Origin: a bacterium
GTDB lineage: Bacteria; UBA8248
DNA: 64,000 bases
NCBI GenBank assembly: GCA_965199855.1
Contig: OZ241326.1
Span: forward strand, 1,632,001 to 1,696,000
Direction: 5' to 3'
Shown here: piece after piece, positions 46,755-57,166 of the stretch
Layout: the number at the start of each line of letters is the position of its first letter
How positions within the stretch are numbered: position 1 is the stretch's first letter
Position numbers and translations under genes: made by a program
The notes under the pieces: model-generated
What the model was told of the DNA's origin: nothing
The model's database searches: none
The model's input: only the letters and a program-made list of their open reading frames with translations

Positions 46755-47636
46755 ATGAATCCCGCGCTTGGAACCATGAGAACGCCCCTCTATTTCATCC
46801 TGTTCGCGGGAGTCGCCGCCCTCGGGTTCTCCGCCGTCCTCATCCGCATGGCGGACGCGGAGCCTCTGGCGATAGCGGCGTATCGCATGGGCGGCGGCGC
46901 CCTGCTGCTGCTGCCGTTCACGGGCGCGGGCGTCCGCGCCGCGTGGAGGGCCTGCTCCCGCCGGGAAAGGGCCGTCTGGGCGGGCTCGGGCGCGTTTCTG
47001 GCGCTGCACTTCGCTCTGTGGATAGAGTCTCTCTCCCACACCTCGGTGGCGAGCTCCGTCACGCTGGCGACGACGAACCCTGTTTTCGCGGGCGTCGGCG
47101 GCGTCCTCCTTCTGGGGGAGAGGGAGCGGGCGAATTTCTGGCTGGGCGTTCTGCTGGCCGTCATGGGCGGCGCCGCGCTGGCCTTCTCCGACTTCGCGGG
47201 CCGGGCGTCCACCTTCCGGGGAAACTCTCTCGCGCTCGCCTCGGCCGTCATGGCCTCGGCCTACATGCTGTGCGGCCGCAGGTTGCGGGTGAGAATTCCC
47301 GTGATGACCTACGTCACGGCCTGCTACGGGCTGAGCGGCGTCCTGCTTTTCGGCGCGGCGCTCGCCTTCGGGCATCCTCTCGGCGGATACGCCCCGGACA
47401 CCTGGCTGCTCCTGCTCGCCATGATCCTGGGCCCGACGCTGATCGGCCACACCTCCATCAACTACGCGCTGGGGCATCTGCATCCGGGCAAGGTGGCGCT
47501 CGCCGTCGTGGGAGAGCCGCTGGTGGCCACGGGCCTGGCGTGGTGGACGCTCGGCGAAGCGCCCACGCCGGCCCGGCTTCTCGCCTGCGCGATCATCCTG
47601 ACGGGCATCGTCGTGGGCGGAAGGACGGCGCGCTAG
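46755..47636 (+). CDS. DMT/EamA family transporter
   Basis: LALHFALWIESLSHTSVASS, LLGER, GHTSINYAL, GEP. Confidence 0.9.
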   Translation: MNPALGTMRTPLYFILFAGVAALGFSAVLIRMADAEPLAIAAYRMGGGALLLLPFTGAGVRAAWRACSRRERAVWAGSGAFLALHFALWIESLSHTSVASSVTLATTNPVFAGVGGVLLLGERERANFWLGVLLAVMGGAALAFSDFAGRASTFRGNSLALASAVMASAYMLCGRRLRVRIPVMTYVTACYGLSGVLLFGAALAFGHPLGGYAPDTWLLLLAMILGPTLIGHTSINYALGHLHPGKVALAVVGEPLVATGLAWWTLGEAPTPARLLACAIILTGIVVGGRTAR

Positions 47637-47704
47637 CGCTTTCCCGCGTCTCCCGCGCGGATTCCGCCGCCGCGCCATGGGCTTTGCGGACAGGAGGAGC
47701 GAAT

Positions 47705-48430
47705 ATGAGGAAAGCCGCGCGCGCCCTGCTCATCCCGCTCCTTGCCGCCTTCGCGCTTTCCGGCTGCGAGGGCCTGCGGGAGACGAAAACCCACTACGTC
47801 TCCCGCGCGGGCGGGTTCCGCGTCGGGAAGCTCCCCCCGGAGCGCTGGCGAAGGACGCCCGACGCCGCCGATGTTCTCGCGCTGAACGATCCCTCGACTT
47901 CCGTTCTCTACTTCAGCAATCCCTACACGGGGGGCGTGATAGCCCTCCAGGTTCTCCACCGCCACTATTCGGAAAAAGCCGCGTTCATGGACGAGATGCG
48001 CTACATCTACAGGCGGATGCTGAGCGCGCCGTTCGCGGACGTGCGCGCGGTGAGCGGCGGCGCCCACGCGCCCTTCGGGAAGGCGGTGAGGCTCTCGGAA
48101 TCGCGCGGCGCGCTTCGCGGCGAGTTTCACCTGCGGGGGCGGATGGGCGGAAGGCCGACCGCCCGGGCGCGGGAGCGGGCGCGCGCGCGCCTGGACGAGG
48201 AGCTTCCCTTCGGCGGGGCGCGAACGAGGGAGGAGCTCGCCGAGGAGCGCAAATTTCGCCAGGCGTCCCTCGCTTCCCCGCATTCGGCGGATTACCGCGG
48301 CAAGGTCGTCGTGCTTCTGCGGAAGGGAAAGCTGTATGAGTTCTACTACGTCGAGCGCGCGCCGATGTTCGGCGCCGGCCTGCGCGCGTTCGACGCCTTC
48401 GTCGAGAGTTTCGAGTTCCTCCCCTCGTAG
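47705..48430 (+). CDS. Hypothetical lipoprotein (possible PsbP/Mog1-like fold)
   Basis: MRKAARALLIPLLAAFALSGC lipobox; C-terminal KVVVLLRKGKLYEFYY...FDAFVESFEF; AGGAGG RBS. Confidence 0.75.
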   Translation: MRKAARALLIPLLAAFALSGCEGLRETKTHYVSRAGGFRVGKLPPERWRRTPDAADVLALNDPSTSVLYFSNPYTGGVIALQVLHRHYSEKAAFMDEMRYIYRRMLSAPFADVRAVSGGAHAPFGKAVRLSESRGALRGEFHLRGRMGGRPTARARERARARLDEELPFGGARTREELAEERKFRQASLASPHSADYRGKVVVLLRKGKLYEFYYVERAPMFGAGLRAFDAFVESFEFLPS

Positions 48431-48510
48431 GGAGGCGAAGGGAGGCGGGCCGGCCGGAGGGGGAGAGCCTGTGGTTGTTCGCGCCGAAGGCCGCGCGGGG
48501 AGGCTGTAGA

Positions 48511-49050
48511 ATGGAGGCGGCCGCGAGGCTTTGCGTCCTCTCGGACACGCACGGGCGCCTCCCCCGGGAAGCGGTCGGGTTCTGCGAGGGGGCGGACGCC
48601 ATCCTCCACGCGGGCGACGCGGGCTCAGACGCCGTCCTGGCCGAGCTCGAAGGCGTCGCCCCCCTCGTCTGCGTCTCGGGGAACGTGGACGCCCCCGATC
48701 TCGCGCCGGCGCGGGCGCGAACCGGGGCGGCGGGCTGGCGCGTCCTGGTTCAGCACATCGTCTGGCGAAAAGGGGCGCCTTCCCCGGAGACGCGCGCGCT
48801 GCTCGAGGAGGCGGGGGCGGACCTGGTGGTCTTCGGCCATACCCACCAGCCGCTCTGCCAAAAGGTCGGGGAGACGGTTTTCTTCAACCCCGGCAGTTGC
48901 GGCCCCAGGCGCTTCGACCTGCCCCGCGCGGTCGGCGAGGCGGTTCTGGACGCCGCCGGGGGGTGGTTCCGCGTTCTCGACCTCGACCGGATGCGCGACG
49001 CGCCGCCTCTGGTCGAGGCGCGCTTCGGGCCTCCCGCCGCCTTCCGTTGA
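48511..49050 (+). CDS. YfcE-like metallophosphoesterase
   Basis: SDTH, HAGD, GNVD, FGHTH, NPGS. Confidence 0.92.
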   Translation: MEAAARLCVLSDTHGRLPREAVGFCEGADAILHAGDAGSDAVLAELEGVAPLVCVSGNVDAPDLAPARARTGAAGWRVLVQHIVWRKGAPSPETRALLEEAGADLVVFGHTHQPLCQKVGETVFFNPGSCGPRRFDLPRAVGEAVLDAAGGWFRVLDLDRMRDAPPLVEARFGPPAAFR

Positions 49051-49146
49051 AAAGCGGCGCGATTTCGCGCGTTGCTTTCGGCCGGAAATCCGGCTACGCT
49101 TCCTAGGTTGCGAAGCTTTGAACCCCATGCGTCTGGAGGATTGCCG

Positions 49147-50868
49147 TTGAAAGTCAAACTCGCGAGGACGGCCGGTTTCTGCTGGGGCGTGGAAAGGGCG
49201 CTCGACATCGCCCTGGACACGGCCAGCGAGGCGCCCGGCGACGTGCTCACGCACGGCCCGCTGATTCACAATCCGCAGACGGTGGAGCTGCTCGAGGAGA
49301 AGAGCGTCTTCGCCTCCGATCCGCGGGAAACGCCGGACGGGACGAGCCTGGTGGTCATCCGCGCGCACGGCATCTCCCCCCGGGCGCGCGAGCGGCTGCG
49401 GGGCTCGGGCGCCGGCATCCGCGACGCCACCTGTCCCCTGGTCGCCAAGGTGCACGGCGTCATCCGCAAGCATTCGCGGCTGGGCGCCTTCACGGTGATC
49501 ATCGGCGAGGAGGGCCACCCCGAAGTGGACGGACACAGGGGCTACGCGGAGGCCGGCAGCCACCTGGTGACGGGCATGGAGGACGTGGCCGGCCTTCCCG
49601 ACCTGGGGGATCGCCCCGTCGTGGTGGTCGCGCAGACGACCATCAACATGCGCGAGTGGGGGGACGTGGAGGAGGCGATACTGGCGAGATACCCCCAGGC
49701 GCGGATGTTCAACACGATTTGCGACGCGACGGAGGTGCGCCAGGAGGAGGTGAAGAAGCTCGCGCCCGGGGTCGATTTGGTGGTCGTGGTGGGCGGGCGC
49801 AACAGCGGCAACACGAACCGCCTCGTCGAGGTGGCGAAGGAGGGGGGCGCGGAGTCGATTCTCATCGAGACCGAAGAGGAGATCGACGAGAAATTTCTCC
49901 AGAAATACAAGAACGTCGCCGTCACGGCGGGCGCCTCCACGCCGGACTGGATGATACGGCGCGTCGTGAACCGCATCGAGGCGATTCCCGATCCGAACCG
50001 GGGCGCCGCGGACAGGCTTTTCGACTTCCTCAAGCTGCTCACGCGGGCGAACGCGCTCGTTTTCCTCTCCGCGCTGCTGGGGAGCGTCGCCGCCTTGAGG
50101 CTGGGCGGCTTTCCCTTCTCGATGAAGATGGCGCTCACGGCGGGCCTGTATCTCTTCGCCCTGCACACGCTCAACCGCTGCATCACCTTCGAGGCGGACA
50201 GATACAACGAGCCGAACCGCTCCCGGTTCTACGAAAGCCGCAAGACCGCGATGCTGGGCCTGGGCGCCGCCGCCGCCCTCGCCTCCCTCGCGCTCGGCGC
50301 GAGCGTCTCCTGGGCGATCGGCGGCGTCATGCTCGTGGGGCTCGCCCTGGCCGTCCTGTTCAGCTTCAGCCTCGATCCGCGCGCCCACGCGCAGCGGACG
50401 GCGAGTTTCCCCGCCTCGAAAATCCTGCTGCTCACGATCGGGTGGACGTGCGCCCTGGCGCTTCTGCCCGCCATGGCGAACCCGGAGCTGACATCGGCGG
50501 GGGGGCTGGCCGCGTCCGCGCTCCTCGTTTTCGGCCTGACGTTCCTTCGCACCGGCCTGATGGAGCTGCGCGACATCCAGGGGGATCGGATCGTGGGCAA
50601 GCGAACGCTGCCGATCGTGCTGGGAAAGGAGCAGACCGAGGCGCTTCTGGGGGCGATTTGCGCCGCGCTGGCGGCGCTCCTGCTCAGCGCCTCCCTGAAC
50701 GGGTGGGTGGAGCCGCTCTTCGGCGCGCTCATGCTCGTCCCCGCGGCATACGCGGGCGCGTGCCTCTGGCTGTATGTCCGAAAAATACTGGGACACGGCG
50801 GATTGACGGAGGCCGTGGTCGAGCAGACGCTCGTCATCGCGGGCGTTCTGGCGCTGCTGTCGATGTAG
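49147..50868 (+). CDS. ispH: IspH (HMBPP reductase) fused to a UbiA-like membrane domain
   Basis: GFCWGV, GPLIHN, IRAHG, DATCPLV, HPEV, AQTT, NTICDAT, NSGNT, TAGASTP; after ~49990 a multi-TM domain with ADRYNEPNR and ELRDIQGDRIVGKRTLP. Confidence 0.92.
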   Translation: MKVKLARTAGFCWGVERALDIALDTASEAPGDVLTHGPLIHNPQTVELLEEKSVFASDPRETPDGTSLVVIRAHGISPRARERLRGSGAGIRDATCPLVAKVHGVIRKHSRLGAFTVIIGEEGHPEVDGHRGYAEAGSHLVTGMEDVAGLPDLGDRPVVVVAQTTINMREWGDVEEAILARYPQARMFNTICDATEVRQEEVKKLAPGVDLVVVVGGRNSGNTNRLVEVAKEGGAESILIETEEEIDEKFLQKYKNVAVTAGASTPDWMIRRVVNRIEAIPDPNRGAADRLFDFLKLLTRANALVFLSALLGSVAALRLGGFPFSMKMALTAGLYLFALHTLNRCITFEADRYNEPNRSRFYESRKTAMLGLGAAAALASLALGASVSWAIGGVMLVGLALAVLFSFSLDPRAHAQRTASFPASKILLLTIGWTCALALLPAMANPELTSAGGLAASALLVFGLTFLRTGLMELRDIQGDRIVGKRTLPIVLGKEQTEALLGAICAALAALLLSASLNGWVEPLFGALMLVPAAYAGACLWLYVRKILGHGGLTEAVVEQTLVIAGVLALLSM

Positions 50869-50892
50869 GGGCGCCCCTCCTTCGCCCATGAG

Positions 50893-50930
50893 AAAGGCCG
50901 CGCCCGAATGGCGCGGCCTTGTCCTTTTTG
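50893..50930. terminator. Terminator hairpin between convergent genes
   Basis: aaggccgcgcc-cgaat-ggcgcggcctt followed by a T-rich tract. Confidence 0.7.
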
Positions 50931-50997
50931 TCAGCGAGAGCGGCGGCGTTCGCCCGTCCGCGCTCCGGCTTTCGCCCGCTTTCGCGGAAAGCCTCCG

Positions 50998-51318
50998 CTA
51001 GGTGCCCCGCGCGGCGCGCTTCGAGGCCTTGAGCGGGTTCAGCTTCTTCTCCAGAGGCGCCTCGAAGTCCACCTTGATGTGCGTGGCGAGGGAGCACCTG
51101 CCGCGCTCCCAGCGATTTTCCGGGTTGGGGTATCTGGAGCAGTATTTCCCCTTCGGCGTCTCGAAGACGTGATCGCACGGCTTCTCGTCGTCGCCCGATA
51201 GGCATTCCTCCACGACGGGAAGGCAGGCGCTCCCGTTGTAGGAGCATTTGTTCCTGTCGCTCGCGCCCTTCACGGCGAAATGGCACTCGACGGGCGCTTC
51301 CAAAAGCGCGCACTCCAT
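50998..51318 (-). CDS. Small cysteine-rich protein (PxxKW-family-like)
   Basis: Eight Cys; CSYNG..C.PVVEEC...YC..YP.P...W..G.C.LATH...KLNPLKASKR. Confidence 0.75.
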   Translation of the reverse strand: MECALLEAPVECHFAVKGASDRNKCSYNGSACLPVVEECLSGDDEKPCDHVFETPKGKYCSRYPNPENRWERGRCSLATHIKVDFEAPLEKKLNPLKASKRAARGT

Positions 51319-51569
51319 GGCGTCCCCCACTTGGCTGAAAAACGAACGGCGTCGAACCGGAGCCGGCGGCCGCGCCGCGGGCTCCGCGAGAAAGCGCGTG
51401 GAGTGTAGGGAAAACCCGCGCCCGGCGCAACCGCCGCCGCGATTCGGAAGGAGTCCGGAAAATTCCCGAGGCGCCCGATTTCTCAGGGTCGAAACATCGC
51501 GGAAACGCGGGGGGCGTATATGCGTCACGCCGGAGGCGGAGAGCCGCCGTCCGGGGAGCGCGCCGTTGA

Positions 51570-51597
51570 TTGACGGCCGCCCGCCGCGTGTTATAGT
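51570..51597 (+). promoter_or_regulatory. Sigma70-type promoter of glnB-glnD-glnA
   Basis: TTGACG-16 nt-TATAGT with extended -10 TG, about 54 nt upstream of glnB. Confidence 0.6.
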
Positions 51598-51632
51598 CGG
51601 GGCGCAGCGAGCCTGCTGGAACTTTCACATGA

Positions 51633-51989
<357 letters not shown>

Positions 51990-52001
51990 CCCGGCTCCCC
52001 C

Positions 52002-54746
52002 ATGACGCCCTCTCTCGCTCAGCTCTCAAGACTCCGGGCCGACCTGAAGGAGGCGGCCTCCGCCGCCGGCGGGGGGGAGCGGAGCGTCTTTCTTCGCTCC
52101 CTCAAGGAGACCTACGCGCGCGCCGGCGAATTCGTCCGCGCCGCGCAGGAGGAGGGCGCGGGCGGATATGAGCTGTGCCGCGCGCGCGCGGACTTCATGG
52201 ATGCGTTCATCGCCCTGGTCTTCGCCCACGCCCTGGCGGAGGCGAGAGCCGGGCCCGGAGGCGGGCGCCGGACGTTTCCCTGCGCCGTCGTCGCCATCGG
52301 GGGATACGGGAGAGGGGAGCTCTCCCCCGGCTCGGACGTCGACCTGCTGTTTCTCTTCTCGGGGCACGAGGCGGAGATCGGCGATCTGATACGCTCCATC
52401 CTCTATCTGATGTGGGACGCGGGCCTCTCCATCGGCCACAGCGCGCGGACGATCGCGAACTGCCTGAAGATCGCCAGGGAGGACTACCAGAGCGAAACCG
52501 CCATGCTGGAGAATCGCCTGCTGGCGGGCAGCGGGGAGGTTTTCGGGGAGTTCAACAGGAAATTCGACGCCTACATCCGGCGGGTGGCGAAAAGCTCGCA
52601 CCTTCGCAACCGGCTCGATGAGCGCATGAGGCGCTACCGCTCGTGGGATCCGTCGGTCTACGTGCTCGAGCCGAACGTGAAGGAGAGCGCGGGGGGGCTG
52701 CGGGATTTTCACGCCGTCCGCTGGCTCGCCAGAACTTTCGGCATGAAGCGGCTCGACGAGATATGGCGGAAGGGCTGGATGCCGCGCGCGGAGTTCGAGA
52801 AGGCGGAGAGGGCGTATGACTTTCTCCTCCGCATCCGCGCGCAGCTGCACATACGGGCGAAGGCGAAGAACGACATGCTGGGCTTCCAGGCGCAGGCGGA
52901 GGCGGCGCCCGCGCTGGGCTACGAGGACGACGAGAGCGCGATGGCGAGCGAGCGCCTGATGCGCGGCTATTTTCTGCGCGCGAGGGACCTGCACATCTTC
53001 TGCCGCGATTTTTTCGAGACCCTCGAAGACCATCTGCGGAGCCGGCGGTGGATGAACAAGAACCCGAAGCTCCAGCCCCTGGAATACGGCCTCGTCCTCC
53101 AGGACTACCACACGCTGGCGCCGGACGAGCGGAACCCGCGCGAGGCGCTCGAGCACCCCGCCGGCCTCATGCGGATATTCGAGTGCCAGTACCGCTTCGG
53201 GTGCCGCCTCTCGCCGGGCGCGAGAAACTTCGTTCGCGAGCATCTGGATACGGTGGACGACGCCTTTCGCGCCTCGCCCGAGGCGCGCGACAGCTTTTTG
53301 CGGATACTGGGAGGCAAGGCGGGCGTCGCGGCGGTGATGCGCGAAATGCACGGCCTGGGCCTGCTGGGGCGCTACATCCCCGAGTTCGAGCCCTTGACGT
53401 GCTTCGTGCACTATGATCACTATCACCGCTACACGGCGGACGAGCATACGCTGCTGACGCTCGCGGCGCTCGACGAGCTGACCTACGCGAAGGAGCCCTC
53501 CCTCCAGAACGTGGCCCACATCCACAGGGAGATGGAGCGCACGGGCATCCTGCGCCTCGCCCTCCTGCTTCACGACATCGGGAAGGCGCGGGGCCCCAGG
53601 CACGCGCACAAGAGCGCCTCCGCGCTGCCCGGCGTCATCATGCGCATGGGGCTGCCCGCCGACCAGGGAAGCGTCATCGAGTTTCTGGTGGCCTCCCACA
53701 TGGAGATGAGCATAACGGCCGAGCGGCGCGACATCGACGATCCCGTTCTCATCAGCAACTTCGCCGACAGGATGGGGACGATAGAGAGGCTCCGGATGCT
53801 TTATCTGCTCACCTACGCGGACGTCTCCGCCGTCGCCCCCGGCATGTGGACGGAATGGCGCGGCGCGCTGATTCACGAGCTCTACGCGCGCGCGCTCCGG
53901 GTGATGGAGACGGGGGAGGATTTGTACCGCAGGAAGCGCCGGGGCGACGTCGTGGAGCAGGTGAGCCTCGAGGCGAGGGCCGGGGGAGGCCGGACGGGGC
54001 GCGAGGCGATCGCCGCGCACGTGGCGTCCATGCCGGACAGATACCACGCCGGCACGCCGCCGCAGGACATCCTGCGCCACATCGAGCTCGGCGCGCGCCT
54101 GGAGGAGGGGGGCGCCGCCTGCGAGATCGACATCACCCACCGCAGAAGGCGGGGACACACGCTCCTCACCGTGGTGTGCAGGGATCAGATCGGCCTCTTC
54201 GCCCTCATCGCCGGCGCGGTGGCGGCGCACGACCTGAGCATCCTGGACGCGAAGGTCCACACGCGCGGGGACGGCCTGGCGATAGACACCCTCCAGGTGG
54301 CGGGCCCGGAGGGAGGCGCCGTCGCCAGCGAGAAGCTCTGGCGCAGCTTCCGCCGCTCGCTCGAGGGGCTTCTCTCGGGCGATCTCGAATTGTCTGAACT
54401 GCTCGGAGGGAGTAAAAGATACCTGCGCCTCAAGAAGCGGACGCCGTTCGCCCCGCCGGTGCTGGTCGAATTCGACCAGGGGGCGAGCGAGGACGCGACG
54501 GTGCTCGAGGTCGTCGCCCCGGACAGGCACGGCCTTCTGGCGCAGATCGCGCAGTTCTTCGCGGGCGAGGGAGTCTCCATCTCCCGCGCGAAGATAGCGA
54601 CGGAGGGGCAGTGCGCGATAGACGCCTTCTACGTCACGGACGACGACGGGAGAAAAATCGAGGACGCGGCGAGGCTTCGGGAGCTGTGCGCCCATCTGAG
54701 CGGGATTCTGGAGGAGGGGCGCCCGGCGGGCGTCGCCGCGTCGTAG
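52002..54746 (+). CDS. glnD: [Protein-PII] uridylyltransferase/uridylyl-removing enzyme
   Basis: GGYGRGELSPGSDVDLL, EPNVKESAGGLRD, YTADEH, LLHDIGK, LTYAD, two C-terminal ACT domains. Confidence 0.95.
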   Translation: MTPSLAQLSRLRADLKEAASAAGGGERSVFLRSLKETYARAGEFVRAAQEEGAGGYELCRARADFMDAFIALVFAHALAEARAGPGGGRRTFPCAVVAIGGYGRGELSPGSDVDLLFLFSGHEAEIGDLIRSILYLMWDAGLSIGHSARTIANCLKIAREDYQSETAMLENRLLAGSGEVFGEFNRKFDAYIRRVAKSSHLRNRLDERMRRYRSWDPSVYVLEPNVKESAGGLRDFHAVRWLARTFGMKRLDEIWRKGWMPRAEFEKAERAYDFLLRIRAQLHIRAKAKNDMLGFQAQAEAAPALGYEDDESAMASERLMRGYFLRARDLHIFCRDFFETLEDHLRSRRWMNKNPKLQPLEYGLVLQDYHTLAPDERNPREALEHPAGLMRIFECQYRFGCRLSPGARNFVREHLDTVDDAFRASPEARDSFLRILGGKAGVAAVMREMHGLGLLGRYIPEFEPLTCFVHYDHYHRYTADEHTLLTLAALDELTYAKEPSLQNVAHIHREMERTGILRLALLLHDIGKARGPRHAHKSASALPGVIMRMGLPADQGSVIEFLVASHMEMSITAERRDIDDPVLISNFADRMGTIERLRMLYLLTYADVSAVAPGMWTEWRGALIHELYARALRVMETGEDLYRRKRRGDVVEQVSLEARAGGGRTGREAIAAHVASMPDRYHAGTPPQDILRHIELGARLEEGGAACEIDITHRRRRGHTLLTVVCRDQIGLFALIAGAVAAHDLSILDAKVHTRGDGLAIDTLQVAGPEGGAVASEKLWRSFRRSLEGLLSGDLELSELLGGSKRYLRLKKRTPFAPPVLVEFDQGASEDATVLEVVAPDRHGLLAQIAQFFAGEGVSISRAKIATEGQCAIDAFYVTDDDGRKIEDAARLRELCAHLSGILEEGRPAGVAAS

Positions 54747-54838
54747 CGATCGAGAGGGGGCCCCTCGGGGCCGAACGAACCCAGGTTTTGCGTCGCAGTC
54801 TCGGACAAAACCGCAATTCCGCATGGAGGTGAGCAGAG

Positions 54839-56251
54839 ATGGTCGAAAACGTAATGAAGATGGCTGAGGAAAACGGCGCCAAGATTGTGGACTTCCGCTT
54901 CTCGGACATGCCCGGGATGTGGCACCACTTCTCGGCGCCCATCAGGACGCTCGACGAGGACACCTTCGAGGAGGGCGTGGGCTTCGACGGGTCGAGCATC
55001 CGGGGGTTCCAGAGCATCGATCAGAGCGACATGCTCCTCATCCCCGACCCGAATACGGCGTTCATGGACCCGTTCATGAAGGCGCCCACCCTGGTGCTCA
55101 TCTGCGACATCAAGGACCCGGTGACGCTCGAGCTCTACGAGCGCGACCCCCGCTACATCGCGCTCAAGGCGGAGCAGTACATGAAGTCCACCGGCATCGG
55201 CGACACGGCCTACTTCGGCCCCGAGGCCGAGTTCTTCGTGTTCGACGACGTGCGCTACTCGGGCTCGGAGAACCACGCCTTCTACGAGGTCGATTCCTCC
55301 GAGGCGGCCTGGAACATGGGCGCCGACGAGGGGCCGAACCTCGCCCACAAGAACCGCCTCAAGGAGGGCTACTTTCCCGTTCCGCCGAACGACACCCTCC
55401 AGGACATCCGCACGGAGATGATGCTCGAGATGATCGACTGCGGCGTGGACTGCGAGGTGCACCACCACGAGGTGGCCTCCGCCGGCCAGTGCGAGCTCGA
55501 CATCCGCTTCGACACCCTGGTGGTCACGGCGGACAAGCTGATGAAGTACAAATACATCGTCAAGAACGTGGCGCGAAAGCACGGCAAGACGGCGACCTTC
55601 ATGCCGAAGCCCGTGTTTCTCGACAACGGCACCGGGATGCACACCCACCAGAGCATCTGGAAGGGCGAGAAGAACATCATGTATCAGGCGGGAACCTACG
55701 GCGACCTCAGCCAGGACGCGCTCTTCTACATCGGCGGCCTGCTGAAGCACGCCCCGGCGCTGCTCGCCTTCACGAACCCCACCACGAACAGCTACCGCCG
55801 CCTGGTGCCGGGCTACGAGGCGCCCATCAACCTCATGTACAGCTGCCGCAACCGCAGCGCGTGCATCCGCATCCCGATGTATTCCTCGAGCGAGAAGGCC
55901 AAGCGGGTCGAGCTGCGCTGCCCCGACCCCTCCTGCAACCCCTACATGGCCTTCGCCGCGATGCTGATGGCCGGACTCGACGGCATCCAGAACAAGATCA
56001 TGCCGCCCGAGCCCATCGACAAGAACCTCTACGACCTGGCCCCCGAGGAGAGGAGCGGCGTGGCGCAGACGCCCGGGAGCCTGCCCGAGGCCCTCGACGC
56101 CCTCGAGGCGGACAACGAGTTCCTGCTCAAGGGCGACGTGTTCACGCGCGACGTCGTTGACAACTGGATCGAATACAAGCGCGAGAACGAGGTGGACGCG
56201 ATTCGCCTGCGTCCGCATCCGCACGAGTTCACCCTCTACTACGACATCTAG
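54839..56251 (+). CDS. glnA: Glutamine synthetase type I (beta)
   Basis: [44 protein letters not shown], adenylylation site KNLYDL. Confidence 0.97.
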   Translation: MVENVMKMAEENGAKIVDFRFSDMPGMWHHFSAPIRTLDEDTFEEGVGFDGSSIRGFQSIDQSDMLLIPDPNTAFMDPFMKAPTLVLICDIKDPVTLELYERDPRYIALKAEQYMKSTGIGDTAYFGPEAEFFVFDDVRYSGSENHAFYEVDSSEAAWNMGADEGPNLAHKNRLKEGYFPVPPNDTLQDIRTEMMLEMIDCGVDCEVHHHEVASAGQCELDIRFDTLVVTADKLMKYKYIVKNVARKHGKTATFMPKPVFLDNGTGMHTHQSIWKGEKNIMYQAGTYGDLSQDALFYIGGLLKHAPALLAFTNPTTNSYRRLVPGYEAPINLMYSCRNRSACIRIPMYSSSEKAKRVELRCPDPSCNPYMAFAAMLMAGLDGIQNKIMPPEPIDKNLYDLAPEERSGVAQTPGSLPEALDALEADNEFLLKGDVFTRDVVDNWIEYKRENEVDAIRLRPHPHEFTLYYDI

Positions 56252-56304
56252 GGCGCGCGCCGGCTCCCCCGAAATACCCGGGAGCGGCCCGAACCGCAGA
56301 GCCA

Positions 56305-56343
56305 TGAAACCCCCTCGGGCGACCACGGCCCGAGGGGGTTTCA
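56305..56343 (+). terminator. Strong hairpin after glnA
   Basis: tgaaaccccctcgggc-gaccacg-gcccgagggggtttca, perfect 16-bp stem. Confidence 0.75.
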
Positions 56344-56524
56344 CCATCGGGGACGAACGCCCGCCGCCAATCCGGCAACGGTCCGCATGTGTTCGCGGAA
56401 CGCCGCGCGCGCGAATCGGCCGTGGGCGGAGGCGGTTTCATCAAAAGGCCTCCGTTTTCGTCCCGAAAGCCCTTACAATGCGGCGCGGGAAGCGCTACAC
56501 TGCATCCGAAAGGGGGAGCGCCGG

Positions 56525-56758
56525 ATGATGACGACGTTTCAGGCCGCGAGCCTCGTTCTGGACGCTGTTGCCGTTGTCCTCATCGGGGCGGGCATAGCCG
56601 CCATGATCATCGGGACGATGCGGCGGGAGCGTGAAAGCGCGCGCGCGGCAACGGAATCGGAGCGCCGCCACGCGGAGGCGGCGGCGCGGCACGAAGAAGC
56701 GATGCTCGCTCTGCGGACGCTGATCGAGCGAACGGGCGGCGCGCGGGACGGCGAATGA
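56525..56758 (+). CDS. Small single-TM protein, paralog 1 (77 aa)
   Basis: MMTTFQAASLVLDAVAVVLIGAGIAAMIIG...RRHAEAAARHEEAMLALRTLIERTGG; GGGGAG RBS; supported by conservation with paralog 2. Confidence 0.75.
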   Translation: MMTTFQAASLVLDAVAVVLIGAGIAAMIIGTMRRERESARAATESERRHAEAAARHEEAMLALRTLIERTGGARDGE

Positions 56759-56922
56759 CGCGGCGGCGGGCGTGGCGCGCGGACGATTCGGCGGCCGCCC
56801 TTTGTAGGACGGCGCTTGTATGCGTCCGGCGCATGGCCGCATGATGGGAAGGAAAGCCCGGAAAACGATGGGGCGCGCGGCGTGAGCGGCGTTGCGCCGT
56901 ATTCGGGAAGGGGAAATGCCGG

Positions 56923-57123
56923 ATGATGACCACCTTTCAGACAGCGAGCCTCGTTCTGGACGCCGCCGCCGTCGCGCTGATCGGATTTGGAATTATCGCC
57001 ATGATCCGCGGCACGGCGGCGCGGGAGCGGGATAACCAGCGCCGCCACGCGGAGGCGGCGGCGCGGCACGAAGAGGCGATGCTCGCGCTGCGGACGCTGA
57101 TCGAGCGAACGGGCGGCGGATGA
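56923..57123 (+). CDS. Small single-TM protein, paralog 2 (66 aa)
   Basis: MMTTFQTASLVLDAAAVALIGFGIIAMIRG...RRHAEAAARHEEAMLALRTLIERTGGG. Confidence 0.75.
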   Translation: MMTTFQTASLVLDAAAVALIGFGIIAMIRGTAARERDNQRRHAEAAARHEEAMLALRTLIERTGGG

Positions 57124-57166
57124 CGCGGCGCGTCTCTCCCCCCGCTTCCCCTCCGGGGGGCTTGGT

